Source: Epithemia pelagica (lineage: Eukaryota; Protista; Bacillariophyta). Taken from it: DNA of 64,000 nucleotides. Within the stretch, counting starts at the first letter, position 1. Each line of letters opens with the position of its first letter. Shown piece after piece: positions 9,485-20,725 of the stretch. Under the pieces are notes generated by a model. It worked only from the letters and a program-made list of their open reading frames with translations. It was not told the DNA's origin and searched no databases. Both the position numbers and the translations under genes were made by a program. Where the stretch lies: NCBI GenBank assembly GCA_946965045.2, contig OX337228.1, positions 1,364,001 through 1,428,000 on the forward strand, written 5' to 3'.

Positions 9485-10282
9485 AATGAAAGCAGCAGCG
9501 TTAAATACGTTGCTGAAAACATGCTATAATCTGTTTTCATTGGGTCGAGCCTCATGTCGAGAGTAGTGCGTTCTTCTAGACGACCACAGTGTGGTGGTGT
9601 CTCTGTAGAGAGTGCCACCAAACGACCCTCGCGAGAGTTTGCAAGATTGGAAGATATGGCGAGTGGTGGATGCTACTGCTCCAAACTTGTCGCCCTGCGC
9701 GGGGTACACCCAAATTTCTATGATCCTCTAGCTAGGGCTGTAGTGAGAGGCTTATTTTCGATGAGGTTCTAAGCCTTAAATAGAGAAGACCGAGCACTTG
9801 TACTATGGTTAAGTAATTTTCATGATGCTGTACAAACATCGAGTTACACTACAGAAAAATTGCGATCCTGGCGAGACACTGCGTCGCTGGAAGGACTCGC
9901 TCTCCAAAAAGATACTTACAAGTACATGTGGGCATCCATCAACCGGATAGACAGTCTATTGGAAGCTAAGAGGGTTCCTTCAACAGCCCTCGTCATCTTT
10001 TGGAGACGACAACAAGAGAGCGAGAACACAGCTCGTCCGTAAGTGTGGAGGCAACCACAGAGCCGCAACAGAAGAGCAAGATCAACAACAATCGAAGCAG
10101 ACGAAAGAGCGTCCTTCATTGTCCTCTAAAAGGACGAGGCAGGAGCGATAACAACGACAACGAGACGAGTTCGATTGCTACTATTTGGCAGCAGAGGTAG
10201 CAAAGGGATCGATCACACATCCTCGACGATACACAAGAGAACCTCCTGAGTTGGTCTTTCCAAAAACCAAGAAGTGGAGAAC

Positions 10283-13228
10283 ATGAATGTCCCCACATCT
10301 CCCGTCGTGGAGTACAGTAACAACAACAACAACGACCACATCCATACCACCTCAGCAACAACAACGACCGCCATCAGGCGAGTATCGCCACCACCCCACG
10401 CTGTCATGGTGCATTCGATGCAAACCAAAACAACAGGCCACGATCACTCGGCTTTGCCATTGCAGCCACAATTCATGGGCGGTGCTGCTGCTGCTGTATC
10501 GTCACCACCCACACCGTCCATGAGCAGTATTGGCAATGTCGACAGTTTTGTCACCTACGACAATGTCACCACTCGATCCCATCATCGAACGCCGAGATCA
10601 TCGACACGCACACCACGTGGTAGTGGTGGTCTTCGAAGCGTCAAGATTACACCCGAAGAAGAAGCCCGTCTCCTCTCGCAAGCGACATCTCAAGCCATGG
10701 TGGCGGCCAAGTCCATGCTTCTGTCTGGAGCCACAGAAGCCACCGCCTTGTCGACCGCCAAGGCAGCAGCCGAATCGGTCTTGCTGGATTATCACAGGTA
10801 CCAACAACAACAAGCACCACCACATCATCATCATCCAGGCAGTAGTACCCACGACGATGACGCCAACTACAGTGATCAAAGCAGCCATCATAGCCCCAAT
10901 CCTCCTCCCATTGGTGCCCATACTAATAATCATCAACATCATCATCATGCTGGTGGCTTGGCGGCGGCCATGGCGTCCCATCTGGCTGGCCCATACCTGT
11001 ATCGTCGCAAAGCCAAACAACAAGCTACCGTCGTGGCTTCCATGGCACTCATGGCTGTCCAAAACAATGCTCGCAACAGCAATACTAATACTAATTTTGG
11101 AGAAGGCAGCGGCTTGACCATGAGTCAACAACAATTGCAGCAACAACTGCAACAACAATTGCAACAACATGAACTGGAAACCAATCTTTCATCCCACAAC
11201 GTGCAGCAGCAGCAATCCAATCATCCTCTCTTGGTTCCCCCCTTGTCGCCGGGATCGACTACGAACTACAACAACAACCACCTCCACCACAACTATGGAA
11301 TGATGACAACCGTCCCTTCCGTGACCATGACACCAAGCACTGGATCGGTGTATCACTACCAGCACGGACCGCTTCCGGCGACGACAAGCCCACCACCACC
11401 ACCACCCCAACAAGTGGACACGAGCAGGCCGGTTTCCGAGAGCTACCACAACAGCAACAATAATCACGTGTCGTCATCCTCTCCACCCTCCTCTCCCCGT
11501 TCCAAGGGAGAGGCCGGTGAAAGTGACAAGGGCACGGGGACTGTCGATCGGTATTCGCGGCGAACCTCCTCGTCTTTGCGGCAATCTTCTCTGAATGACT
11601 ACAACCGTCGCTATGTGGTTCCCAACGACAATAGTATTACGCAAAGTGAAAGTAGCAGTCGTGACGACGATGAGGATGATGACGATGATGACGACTATGA
11701 GAGTAAAACTTCCCACTCGACCCCTGCATCTTCCTCCTATCGACGTTCCGTGGTGGCCCGCGTCCTCATGCCATTGGAGGGCGACGACCGTCGCACCAAA
11801 GATCGACGCACCGCAGAATCCGAGACTGCAACCACCAAGGTCATTGAGGACGATGGACACACTGTTTCGGTAAACAGTTCCGCGGACTACATGCACGAAT
11901 CCTACAGTACAGAAGATGGCTTCACGGCGTCCTCCAAGCATTCCTTTGCGAAAGATTCAATCCTTGCTCTACGTCAAACAAAACTAACTCCATCTGGCTC
12001 GTATGATCCGCTCTCGGTGATCCTCAAGGCGCTCACTTGTGGCAGCTATGCCAATGACGATTTCGACGAAGACGACGATGGTGAAGTTCGCCAACACCAA
12101 CACATTCATGAGCAAACGAGTGACCGTTTATTGCGTCGTGATGACAGCATAAATGGCAAAAGAAGCAAGGAGAAGATTCCACTTTCCGGTACCAAGTCTA
12201 AATCCACTGACAACGCGGATGTTGCTGTCATTGAACGGAAGAGGTCGGAGGATGATGAACTCATACAACGGAAAAAACACAAGAAAAAGAAGAAAAAGCA
12301 CCATAAAAAGAAAAGGCGGCACCATTCGCAGCAACAAGAGCAACAGCGTGATGACAAAAACGAGGCTGCCAGAGAGAAAGTCGGGGAGGAACTGGCAAAA
12401 GAACATCGTGAAGAAAACCCCGCACACCCACATGTCGTATCCCTTCAATATCACCAAGATGGAGAAATTATGGGAGGCAGGGTCCATCACGAGACACCGC
12501 AGGAAGAAAACAGGTTATCACTCCCACCATCACCTTATCAAGCCCAAAAAGTTTCGAACGCCACCGACAATGCAGAAATGATTCGATCGATCGAACCCTT
12601 AGCGACGCCGGATCTCCACCAGCACCAGCAACAGCAGCAACATCAGCAACAGCCGCAGCAGCCGCAGCAGCGCTATCCCGCCTTTGCGGGTCAGCAGCAT
12701 GAACCCCCCATACAACACCAGGCACCGGTTGTAGATGTTCGTTCCCACACGTTCACTCCACAACCGCCAACGCCACCAGCGACAGCGAACAAGACCAGTC
12801 GGATCAAAAAGAGTATGGAAAAATTGGTGTTGCGCGCTTTGGCTTCTGCTGGCGACTCCAGAAAGCAAAGCAATTCGTCTTCACTAGAATTCAAGAATGG
12901 AACAAGGCAGGAACCGGAACAGCAAGGAACAAGCGACCAACAACCGTTGATGGAACAACATCACTCTCAGTCGCAACCCCAACAATTTGGTGACGCTGTC
13001 CCGTATCACAGTCCCCGTAATATGTCTCAGGAGCAAACTATTGACGGAGAGGACCAGAGTTCCCATCCATCGAACGGCGCTAAAACACATTATCACCGAG
13101 CACGTGCAGTGGGAACCATGGCAAGCAAGGTTGTTGGAAATATAGGTTCACGAATTCGGCTACCACGACGCGGAAGACGTCCCAGTCATGGGAGTGACTC
13201 TCATGGTGTGCACGTGGAGACGGAATAA
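10283..13228 (+). CDS. Large low-complexity hypothetical protein (polyH/Q/N, Ala-rich helical motif, basic K-run)
   Basis: About 980-codon uninterrupted ORF; first ATG at 10283; no recognisable domain. Confidence 0.8.
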   Translation: MNVPTSPVVEYSNNNNNDHIHTTSATTTTAIRRVSPPPHAVMVHSMQTKTTGHDHSALPLQPQFMGGAAAAVSSPPTPSMSSIGNVDSFVTYDNVTTRSHHRTPRSSTRTPRGSGGLRSVKITPEEEARLLSQATSQAMVAAKSMLLSGATEATALSTAKAAAESVLLDYHRYQQQQAPPHHHHPGSSTHDDDANYSDQSSHHSPNPPPIGAHTNNHQHHHHAGGLAAAMASHLAGPYLYRRKAKQQATVVASMALMAVQNNARNSNTNTNFGEGSGLTMSQQQLQQQLQQQLQQHELETNLSSHNVQQQQSNHPLLVPPLSPGSTTNYNNNHLHHNYGMMTTVPSVTMTPSTGSVYHYQHGPLPATTSPPPPPPQQVDTSRPVSESYHNSNNNHVSSSSPPSSPRSKGEAGESDKGTGTVDRYSRRTSSSLRQSSLNDYNRRYVVPNDNSITQSESSSRDDDEDDDDDDDYESKTSHSTPASSSYRRSVVARVLMPLEGDDRRTKDRRTAESETATTKVIEDDGHTVSVNSSADYMHESYSTEDGFTASSKHSFAKDSILALRQTKLTPSGSYDPLSVILKALTCGSYANDDFDEDDDGEVRQHQHIHEQTSDRLLRRDDSINGKRSKEKIPLSGTKSKSTDNADVAVIERKRSEDDELIQRKKHKKKKKKHHKKKRRHHSQQQEQQRDDKNEAAREKVGEELAKEHREENPAHPHVVSLQYHQDGEIMGGRVHHETPQEENRLSLPPSPYQAQKVSNATDNAEMIRSIEPLATPDLHQHQQQQQHQQQPQQPQQRYPAFAGQQHEPPIQHQAPVVDVRSHTFTPQPPTPPATANKTSRIKKSMEKLVLRALASAGDSRKQSNSSSLEFKNGTRQEPEQQGTSDQQPLMEQHHSQSQPQQFGDAVPYHSPRNMSQEQTIDGEDQSSHPSNGAKTHYHRARAVGTMASKVVGNIGSRIRLPRRGRRPSHGSDSHGVHVETE

Positions 13229-13252
13229 GCCGCCTAAAAGTCACAGCAGCAG

Positions 13253-13663
13253 AAATCTCCAATGCCCTGTTCCACTCTTCCGTCTGGATACACACCTTCT
13301 TCTCATTCTCTCTGGCAACGTTGAACTAGGGCTGTTGGCATGTGGCACACCAACACAAATCTCCAATGCCCTGTTCCACTCTTCCGTCTGGATACACACC
13401 TTCGTCTCATTCTCTCTGGCAACGTTGAACTGGGGCTGTTAGCATTTGTCACACCAACACAAATCTCCAATGCCCTGGTCCACTCATCCGCCTGGATATA
13501 CACACCTTCTTCTCATTCTCTCTGGCAACGTTGGATTAGGGCTGTTAGTTCTTGCCTCACCAACACAAATCTCCAATGCCCTGTTCCGCTCTTCCGTCTC
13601 GATACACACCTTCTTCTCATTCTCTTTGAGGCAACGTTGGATTAGGGCTGTTATTTCTTGTCC
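13253..13663. repeat. Minisatellite, 4 copies of a 104-106-bp unit
   Basis: Unit starts (AAATCTCCAATGCCCTG) at 13253, 13357, 13461 and 13567. Confidence 0.95.
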
Positions 13664-14365
13664 TTCTTTCATGTGTATTGCCGTGCTATATTTAAGTTTT
13701 ACTCCAGTGGCAGTTGTTGCAAATGGAGTATTCCTACCTATTAAATTAAGTGTTTGTTTGCAGAGAGGTTTTGGTTGTGTATTGAAACAGGTGATTGGTT
13801 GTGTATTGAAACAGAAGGCTGCTGTGCTTTCTCAAAGCCTCACAAGCAAAAGCAGCAACGTCTGTCAACTTGAGGTCTTTGGGGGATTCTACATACAGTC
13901 CTTTACTATTACTAGCTACGGCCCTCTCAAGAGTGCAACTAGTTCCATTCCGTAAGTAATGATTTTAACTTTAAAAGTGAAGTGCCCCGGTTGAAAAGAA
14001 AAGTAGTGTTGACAGGTCAGGATTGTGACCATCATTGGTTGGGAAAATGGAGCAGCAGCAAACACAGGGAGGACTTTCTGCGTTGATCTATCAAGAGAAG
14101 CACAGAAGAACTACCAATCACTGCAACTTTCGCTTCGAGCTCACTAAGAGCTAATCTCTTGATTTCATTTATTCCATCTGCGATTTGGTGTCGTGTTGGC
14201 TCTCTCTTGAATCACTATGCGGTCAAAGTCCGCGACAGACTATCATTTCATGAAAGCATCAGTGGATCTTGTTCCTCCTGCGGAACAGTATAATCATCAT
14301 TCCGCCAGGACAAATCAACGATTCGTTGAGACCTGCAAATCATCCTGTCCCTCGTGCTTTCTAGG

Positions 14366-17023
14366 CTAGTCATCGTCATCATCAAAATCGGCGGCCGACA
14401 CTCGTTCCATGAGAGCTTCATTGAATCCTCCTCCGGAAATAAGATTGTCATCCCCCGACGACAAATCAGCAGCTGTGGTGGTGGCGAGCAAATCATCTTC
14501 GGCATCGTCATCTTCGTCGTCATCTCCCAAACCACCAACTCCTCCCAAACTACTGCTACCACTCCCCCCGCTGCTTCCTGTTGCGTTGCCACCATACCCC
14601 CCTCGTGTATGATGTGGCGCTGATCCATTCGGATTCTGGTACATGGAGGACAGGTTTTGTGGTTGCAACGAGGAATGGTTCGACGCGCCTCCGCCTCCTG
14701 AAGAAGAAGAAAGAGCGACATTGGTATCAATGGCCGAGATTTCACTCATAGCAATAGATCGCGTCGAAACGTTGCCCATTTTCTTACTCAAATCACTGAA
14801 AATGGAAACATCTATAGACGTGTCGCTGATGCGACTCAAACCAGACATGACCGAATGACGAGAGCCCAAATCCATCATCATGCCAGCGGAATGGAGAGAA
14901 GAGCCATCCATTTTTTCATCCCCGGCACCGCTACTCGCAGGGTCGGGATGACGTCCACCACCGGCACCTGTATTGGAAAGTTTTGACATTTTGCGATCTG
15001 CAGCCGATGGAGACGATGTCGTCGTTGTCGTCAAGGGTCCATTCAAGCCGCTGTTGTTGTGTTTGGAACTATTGTGATCGGTCATGTTACTAATGAGACT
15101 CAATTGGCTGGTTTCCATATTGACCATGTGAATATCCGGCATACCGTCGCTGCCCAAGGCAGAATGTACGGACATGCCATCCCGCATACTGCCACCATGA
15201 TGAGAGGAGGTTCCACCCATGTGTTTGGTGGATGGCGGACGAGTATACTTCATACGCGCAAAGACTTGTCTTCGGTCGGTCAACATCCCAATGGTACTAC
15301 TACTATTGCTTGTACTCGATGGGTTGCTGCTGTTGTTGCTGTTGTGGGGATGATAAGGATGTTGCATATTTGTGGAATGTCGAGGACTGCTTCCAGGATG
15401 ATCGTATAGATTCGCGCCCGGATGGTTGAGGTGCGGCTGCTGTTGTGGATTTCCTCGCTCGACGGACGACGTTCTGGGAGTAGATCCTCCGTCCGTGCTG
15501 TTTGGAGGATTTTCCATGGAAAGGTGGTGTGGGTGATGTTGCAATCGAGCGTCCATCCCTCGCGAATGGTGATTGTTAAAGTCTTGCGGTGTTTGTTGTT
15601 GATGTTGCGCTTGTTGTTGCTGCGGTGAGGAGGATCCACTCGAAGTGGCATTGTGAATGTTATTGTTGCTGCCATTGTAGGCCGAGAACTCGGACATGAG
15701 AGACATTTGTGACTCGGCCGCAAATCCCAATTGATTGGCGACGCCTGAGCCCCGCAATGTAAGGGAAGGTCTTAGCTCACGGTGAACTCCGGATGAATGA
15801 GTATGCAATTGGGGTGGAGGAGCAAATTCTTCATCTCCAATGCTGCTCCTACTACTTGTGGCTCGTGGAATGACGGTATCCGGAGGTCCCATGGCATTGT
15901 TGTTGCTTGTGCTAGGATTAGTTCCGGCATTCCCATGTGCGGAGTCCTGGACCATATCATGCAAACTCAACCGTTGCAGCAAATCGGAATGAAATTCTTC
16001 CGACACCTCATGCTGTGGTGGCTCCTGCTGCGAATGATGATGCTGGTGTGGTGCCAGGTTGGACGTTGGCGGAGCAAGGTGTTGCGGCTCCAAATCGGAC
16101 AAGGGACTTGATCCCCCGTTGCTCGTGTTGGACGGTGTTCGTCGATGATGATGCATCGGTGACGACGGTTGGGAAGAATGGGGAAGATGATGTTGTGGAT
16201 GTCTGGCGGGAGGGGAAGAAGATTGGGGAGCATGTCTCCCATGCTGTGCATGATAATGCTGCTGTTGTTGTTGTTGTTGCAGATTATGCGGATGCTGCAT
16301 ATGGCGAGGGGAGGAACCATAATTATCCATATGCAGTTGCTGTTGTCTCTGGCTCATTTGTTGTTGTTGCTGCTGTTGATGTCTCATTTGAGCGGCAGCC
16401 AAGGCCGCAACTTCATGCTGCGTCGCTGTTGCCGGTGGCAACATGGAAGGTGGTCCATTGTTGTTGTTGTTATGAGGGTCGTTCCCATTGAGATCTCCGG
16501 GATGAGCGTATCCGGATCCTCCCACTGCAATGCCTCCGTACTGTCGTTCCAATATTCCCAAACTGGAAGCCGCCCCTCCCGTCACTCCTCCAGCAACACT
16601 TCCAGCTCCTCCCATTTCCACAATTTTTTGTCTCAATTTGGGTTGCCCTTCCCGCAGGGCTTGCGATGTCTTTTCCACCGCTTTCTTGTCGCCAATATCG
16701 TACCAGGTATTGTTGGAGGAATCTTTTTCCAAAAACCGTCCTTGCTGTTCTCGAATGGCGGCCACAATCGAACGAGAGATTTTGAGTTTCTCTGTTTTGA
16801 GACAGGTAATGTACAATCCCTTGTTCAAATTCACCAGTCGACGGTAGGTTTGATTTCCAGGATGACGCAACGCCGCACCACCACGACCGCACAAGACATC
16901 CACATCGTGCACGACAGTTACACCGGTCAAGGGACGTTGCGGCTGGACAAATTCACTCGCAATCGACACGCCACTCGTGGTGGTGTTGCCGCTGTTGGTG
17001 CTGGTGCGAGGATCTCCCTCCAT
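14366..17023 (-). CDS. DUF6824-domain protein with long Q/H/S-rich disordered region
   Basis: Motif DVLCGRGGAALRHPGNQTYRRLV...IVAAIREQQGRFLEKD...WYDIGDKKAVEKTSQALRE; likely start MEGDPRT at 17023. Confidence 0.88.
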   Translation of the reverse strand: MEGDPRTSTNSGNTTTSGVSIASEFVQPQRPLTGVTVVHDVDVLCGRGGAALRHPGNQTYRRLVNLNKGLYITCLKTEKLKISRSIVAAIREQQGRFLEKDSSNNTWYDIGDKKAVEKTSQALREGQPKLRQKIVEMGGAGSVAGGVTGGAASSLGILERQYGGIAVGGSGYAHPGDLNGNDPHNNNNNGPPSMLPPATATQHEVAALAAAQMRHQQQQQQQMSQRQQQLHMDNYGSSPRHMQHPHNLQQQQQQQHYHAQHGRHAPQSSSPPARHPQHHLPHSSQPSSPMHHHRRTPSNTSNGGSSPLSDLEPQHLAPPTSNLAPHQHHHSQQEPPQHEVSEEFHSDLLQRLSLHDMVQDSAHGNAGTNPSTSNNNAMGPPDTVIPRATSSRSSIGDEEFAPPPQLHTHSSGVHRELRPSLTLRGSGVANQLGFAAESQMSLMSEFSAYNGSNNNIHNATSSGSSSPQQQQAQHQQQTPQDFNNHHSRGMDARLQHHPHHLSMENPPNSTDGGSTPRTSSVERGNPQQQPHLNHPGANLYDHPGSSPRHSTNMQHPYHPHNSNNSSNPSSTSNSSSTIGMLTDRRQVFARMKYTRPPSTKHMGGTSSHHGGSMRDGMSVHSALGSDGMPDIHMVNMETSQLSLISNMTDHNSSKHNNSGLNGPLTTTTTSSPSAADRKMSKLSNTGAGGGRHPDPASSGAGDEKMDGSSLHSAGMMMDLGSRHSVMSGLSRISDTSIDVSIFSDLSKKMGNVSTRSIAMSEISAIDTNVALSSSSGGGGASNHSSLQPQNLSSMYQNPNGSAPHHTRGGYGGNATGSSGGSGSSSLGGVGGLGDDDEDDDAEDDLLATTTAADLSSGDDNLISGGGFNEALMERVSAADFDDDDD

Positions 17024-17450
17024 GGTAATTGTGCTGTTGGTTGAATGCTTTGGGAAATATGGACAAGGCGTAAGAGGTTGCAAAGGATGTAGAGAGAAAC
17101 AACAAGAGACGGGTGGATGATATAGAGAATAGAGAGAGACGCTTGATACCAACGAAACACACACAAGAGCAAAAAGACGACACCGGACACCGGAATGACT
17201 GCTGCTGCAGTTTTGGGGGGGTGGGGCGCATCCGTCGCGCGTCCATGTGGTGCGTGTGTGCAAATTGTGCGTCTCTTGTTACAATCTTGATTCTTGACCA
17301 ATTATGACGGGAAGTGACAAGTGACCATACATAGTCAGAAGTTCTTATCCCGTGTTCTACTAAAAACTACCTAGGTAGACAAGAGACGATACTCACCCAC
17401 AACACCGATACTCTCTTTAACGCGCAATTTTGGAATGTTCTGAACACTGA

Positions 17451-18995
17451 ATGTTACATGGTAACAAAACGATCCCCATGGACTTGAAACAACAGGCACC
17501 ACCCGACTTGGTTGACGATACGATAGCGGGGAAAATGGATCGAGACGCTAGGTCACCGTGTCCTGTGCTCAAAAGCGATGGAATTTCACTGAGAGGCAAG
17601 CATCTCCGGCGACGGGATGTTGTTCAAGAAATTATCCAAACGGCCAGGGCTCGACAACACGTGATACTTGGGTCTCCACCAGCGATGGGGAAGACTTCTC
17701 TGATTCAATTGCTCGAGCAGCAATTGAAAAGCGAAGGGGCTTCTGTCATTCGTATGCAGGGAATACATTTGGGGGTGCAGAACATGGTTGAGACGCTTCG
17801 AGAGGAGGGAATCCGTGCTGACATAAAAGCGCTGCAAAAGCTACGAAATACTTGGTTAGTGGTTGACGATGCCCAGAACGTTTACGCTTCGGAATACTTT
17901 CCGTTTTGGCAGTTCCTTGTGAAAACCATCGCTGGTGCCAACGTAGATGAGCAAGTCTTCGTCGTCATTGCAGCAACGTACAATCTATCCACACCAGATT
18001 CCCCGGTACAATTCAAGGACCTTGCCCATATCCATACCGATATTTCGAGTCATGAAGCGCGAGAACTGTTTTGCATGTTTGCAGAGACTTGGAACTACGA
18101 CGGTTGGGATCACTTCCTGGAGAATATTCTGTCTATAAGCGAGCTCACCCCCGGACGACATCACGTTGGTGTTATTATTGCCGCTGTACGATTACTCGAC
18201 GAAGCCAGAAAACACCCACGCTCCCAAGTTCTGGATGAAAAAGCAGCCCTCGCCATGCTTCGGTCGGAGCATTTCATTAATCGACTGGATAGGTGTTTCC
18301 AGCTTCCTTCTAATCTCCCAGTTGAAGGACGAGACCGTATCCTGGATGTTTTGCTTTCTGATGGCTCACTTGATGTTACAGACGATGCTCTGCTTACACC
18401 GTTTATCCGAGCGGGCATCCTGACAGCGTTTGGTGAGTTCTCCTGTATTGCTTCACGGTGGTATTACAATCGTCGATGCTTTCCCAATCGATCACAGACG
18501 AAACCGGCTAGTCTTGATGATCTCGTCATTAGCGCGGTAGGTTCCTTGTCGTCCTTGAGGATGAAAGGGGCTGCGCAGGACGGGTTCCCCAAAGAGGCTT
18601 CATTTCAGCATCTCTTCAACGAGGCGCTGTCGATTCATCTTCCTTTGAGAAACCACATTGTCCCTGAGTTAGGAACATTTGCAACAAGTCCAGCAGGGGG
18701 AACGATTTCAGGAGAACTCGATTTTTACATCAACGGAGAACTCAAGTGGTGTTTAGAATTGCTGCGAATGGGCGACAAGATTGGTGATCACATCGCGCGG
18801 TTCGACAAGTTTAATGGCAAGTATCGTGAAATTCCTTCAAACGATTTCCTCGTGATTGACTGTCGAGGAAGCAAAACAGGAAGAGGGACGAACCCGATGT
18901 CCTCGCGATGTACTCTCTACTTTGCTGACGATTTCAAGACATGTATTTGCAAAATGCGCACGAAACCTGAGATTCAGATTAGTCTTATGAATTAG
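17451..18995 (+). CDS. Crinkler/RHS-type P-loop NTPase fused to a restriction-endonuclease-fold (CR-NTPase + CR-REase) domain
   Basis: Walker A GSPPAMGKT, Walker B WLVVDDAQ, and C-terminal PKEASFQHLF...VPE...GELDFYINGELKWCLELLR.GD.I.DH..RF...GKY...DFLVIDCR, the pattern of oomycete/fungal CRN C-termini. Intronless; start is 17451 or 17478. Confidence 0.8.
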   Translation: MLHGNKTIPMDLKQQAPPDLVDDTIAGKMDRDARSPCPVLKSDGISLRGKHLRRRDVVQEIIQTARARQHVILGSPPAMGKTSLIQLLEQQLKSEGASVIRMQGIHLGVQNMVETLREEGIRADIKALQKLRNTWLVVDDAQNVYASEYFPFWQFLVKTIAGANVDEQVFVVIAATYNLSTPDSPVQFKDLAHIHTDISSHEARELFCMFAETWNYDGWDHFLENILSISELTPGRHHVGVIIAAVRLLDEARKHPRSQVLDEKAALAMLRSEHFINRLDRCFQLPSNLPVEGRDRILDVLLSDGSLDVTDDALLTPFIRAGILTAFGEFSCIASRWYYNRRCFPNRSQTKPASLDDLVISAVGSLSSLRMKGAAQDGFPKEASFQHLFNEALSIHLPLRNHIVPELGTFATSPAGGTISGELDFYINGELKWCLELLRMGDKIGDHIARFDKFNGKYREIPSNDFLVIDCRGSKTGRGTNPMSSRCTLYFADDFKTCICKMRTKPEIQISLMN

Positions 18996-19954
18996 AAGCA
19001 CGTGCGTTTAGTTCCTACTAGCGTACTCTTCTTGATATTTTTCTGTTGAGGGGTGGGCCAAAACTGTGAAGATGAATTAGTTTGCCACAGGCACAGCATC
19101 TTGCTGGAGGTCTCTCCATGTGGTGTTCTTGCTACTCTGCTCAGGATGAAGAGCCAATTGAATTTCCTGAAAACTAACCGGTTGTCCGGATCTTTTAGAG
19201 GTAGTCTCTACCAAGGTTCCCGATTTCAAACTTATTCTGCCACCTTGTTATGCCTCATTCATCATTCAAAAACGAAGAGAAAGGATGATTTCAAGACGAG
19301 GACCTGTATGACGATTTCTAACACCGGCTGCAACGGCACCAAGAAGCAAAGGAAACAGAACGTACATTCGTTCTCTAGATCAGTACAACACAAAAGAGCA
19401 GAGCACTAAAGACGATGCCTCAGAGGAGAAACTATGTGCTCCGTTACGTAATCTTTGTATTGGTCTTCGCAAGGAGATAGAGGATTCAAAGGTATATGGC
19501 GACAGTCAGTCACGTCACCTGGGAGTCAGGTACCTGACGGGCGGATCGGGATCTGCGTATTAGACATTAGACTTGTCTTGTAGCAGTCAATAGGACACAC
19601 GAGCGAGTCTTGGGTGTTGGCGAAGGTCCAAGATAGCTACTCCTATGGCTATCGCACGTTGTTCTTGCAAGGAGTACGAGTCGTCTCGACTAGGAGTAGT
19701 GCATAGCGCCATTGCTCAAGTCCACAAGCATTCTATTGCAGGACCAAACGACTCTCCAGTTTTCCCAAACACTCCAGTTTAGATAATTTCAAAGTCGTCC
19801 AGAATCCAACAATTTGCTCTGGTCTGTAGTACTCCTACTTTCTTTCAAGGCTTTCAGATGATTTTCTACTAGCGTGATTACTACACGTTAGCTTCTAGAG
19901 CTCCGTTCGTAGGCAAGCAAGTACAATCGTTTCCCTGCAGCTTATTTAGGTAGC

Positions 19955-20725
19955 TTACATGAATCCTTCCGATTTGAGCTGAGCGACCCAACTTTTGGCG
20001 CGTTCTTCCGAAAGATCATACTGGTTGTCTTCGTCACACATGAGACTGACGACGAACAATCATAAGAGCAGCAAACAAGCAAGAATGAGAGGCAAACTTA
20101 ACAAAGAAGGTCCCCTTGTCACAAGAAACCAAAATAGCAGTCATCGCGCAACAAAGTGCAATGGAAAGGATTGGACGTACCCGCAAAACTTGCCATCGAC
20201 GACGGCCTTGGAGGCCGTGTGATCATAGCCTTCTTGACTAGTCATGCCATAGATTTTGCAGCCCTTGGCCGAAAACAAGTCATACAATTCACCCGCAGCA
20301 TCGCAAAAGTTGTCACAGTACGATTGTTGATCGCCAACACCAAAAATGGCAACATTCTTTTGAATCTCCAAATTGGGCAAGGTCTGGTACAGCCATTCGT
20401 CCCAGGAAGTGCCCGAGCGCTCCGAATCAGCTCCAGTATGCCAGGTTGGTGCTCCAACAATCAAGGAATCGCACGCAGCAATCTCATCTTCCTTAGCATC
20501 ACCAATATCGATAATGTCCACACCGCCAATGGCTTCGGAAATGTATCCAGCCACAGTTTCCGTGTTACCCGTGGAGGTGGAGTAAAAAATACCCACCTTG
20601 GCCATATCCAAGGACGACGCGGAAGAAGAAAAGGGTCGAACATGATTGTTCTTGCTCACAAAGGCAAAACCGTTGGACTGGTTAAGGGCGTTGGCCAGAG
20701 CGAGAAGCAAGAGGTGGACCTTCAT
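19955..20725 (-). CDS. FLDA: Plastid-targeted long-chain flavodoxin; exons 20181-20725, 19955-20045
   Basis: Signal peptide plus F-initial transit (SNG-FAF), then GIFYSTSTGNTETVA, GAPTWHTG, IFGVGDQQSY and FCG|LMCDEDNQYDLSEERAKSWVAQL after a 135-nt GT-AG intron. Confidence 0.95.

Noticed and set aside
13253-13663. CRISPR-like array (also considered for 63247-63315)
   Set aside because: Whole units are homologous with no unique spacers, no cas genes are present, and the context is eukaryotic.
19053-19409. 118-aa + strand ORF after the Crinkler-like gene as a possible partner or immunity gene
   Set aside because: GTG start, no ATG until late, no motif and non-coding-like composition.
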